This document shows, in pieces, positions 63,646 to 64,000 of a stretch of 64,000 nt of DNA. How positions within the stretch are numbered: position 1 is the stretch's first letter; every line of letters begins with the position of its first letter. Location of the stretch: assembly GCA_964188305.1 (NCBI GenBank), contig OZ076886.1. The stretch is one strand, 5' to 3'. Under the pieces are notes generated by a model. The model saw nothing but the letters and a program-made list of their open reading frames with translations. It had not been told where the DNA came from and did not search any database. A program made the position numbers and the translations under genes. The DNA comes from Podarcis bocagei (taxonomy: Eukaryota).

Positions 63646-64000
63646 GGGACGCGGGTGGCGCTGTGGGTTAAACTACAGAGCCTAGGACTTGCCGATCAGA
63701 AGGTCGGCAGTTCGAATCCCCGTGACGGGGTGAGCTCCCGTTCCCCGGTCCCTGCTCCTGCCAACCTAGCAGTTCAGAAGCAAGTCAAAGTGCAAGTAGA
63801 TAAATAGGTACTGCTCTGACGGGAAGGTAAACGGCGTTTCCGTGCACTGCTCTGGTTCGCCAGAAGTGGCTTAGTCATGCTGGCCACATGACCCGGAAGC
63901 TGTACGCTGGCTCCCTCGGTCAATGAAGCGAGATGAGCGCCGCAACCCCAGAGTCGGTCACAACTGGACCTAATGGTCAGGGGTCCCTTTACCCTTTACC
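63646..64000 (+). mobile_element. Full-length Sauria (POM) SINE
   Basis: GGGACGCGGGTGGCGCTGTGG (A box), GTTCGAATCCC (B box), ends CCCTTTACCCTTTACC. Confidence 0.92.

Noticed and set aside
38500-64000. Assigning a gene symbol to the CpG-island gene
   Set aside because: No coding exon recognised within the window, so any name would be a guess

Overview
Vertebrate nuclear DNA, almost certainly a lacertid lizard (Podarcis/Lacerta-type), judged from the repeats: Sauria/POM SINEs, Squam-type tRNA SINEs, Bov-B and RTE LINEs, young L2, CR1, L1, Penelope, Tc1/mariner-Tigger and hAT MITEs, and solo LTRs. I cannot identify a host protein-coding exon with confidence. The left ~38 kb is repeat-rich intergenic DNA with a few possible non-coding exons and enhancer-like blocks. 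A CpG island at ~38.5-39.2 kb holds a probable + strand first exon (24-aa uORF, donor after 38923) of an unidentified gene, and the rest of the window is probably its first intron. Highlights: (1) ~190-270 bp hairpin-shaped mini-Penelope insertions with target-site duplications (TSDs), built around a minimal hammerhead ribozyme (18.5 kb intact; 5.7 kb interrupted by a CR1 tail; a third ribozyme copy at 15.8 kb); (2) a TIR-bounded, decayed Chapaev3 DNA transposon (13386-15298), a family known for horizontal transfer; (3) a young solo LTR (46375-47131) whose reading frame is open from its 5' end for ~209 codons; (4) twin hAT MITEs with CCCTAACCC-containing repeats beside the promoter; (5) a pre-miRNA-sized hairpin at 21.05 kb. 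Family assignments are from recognised motifs, not database searches.
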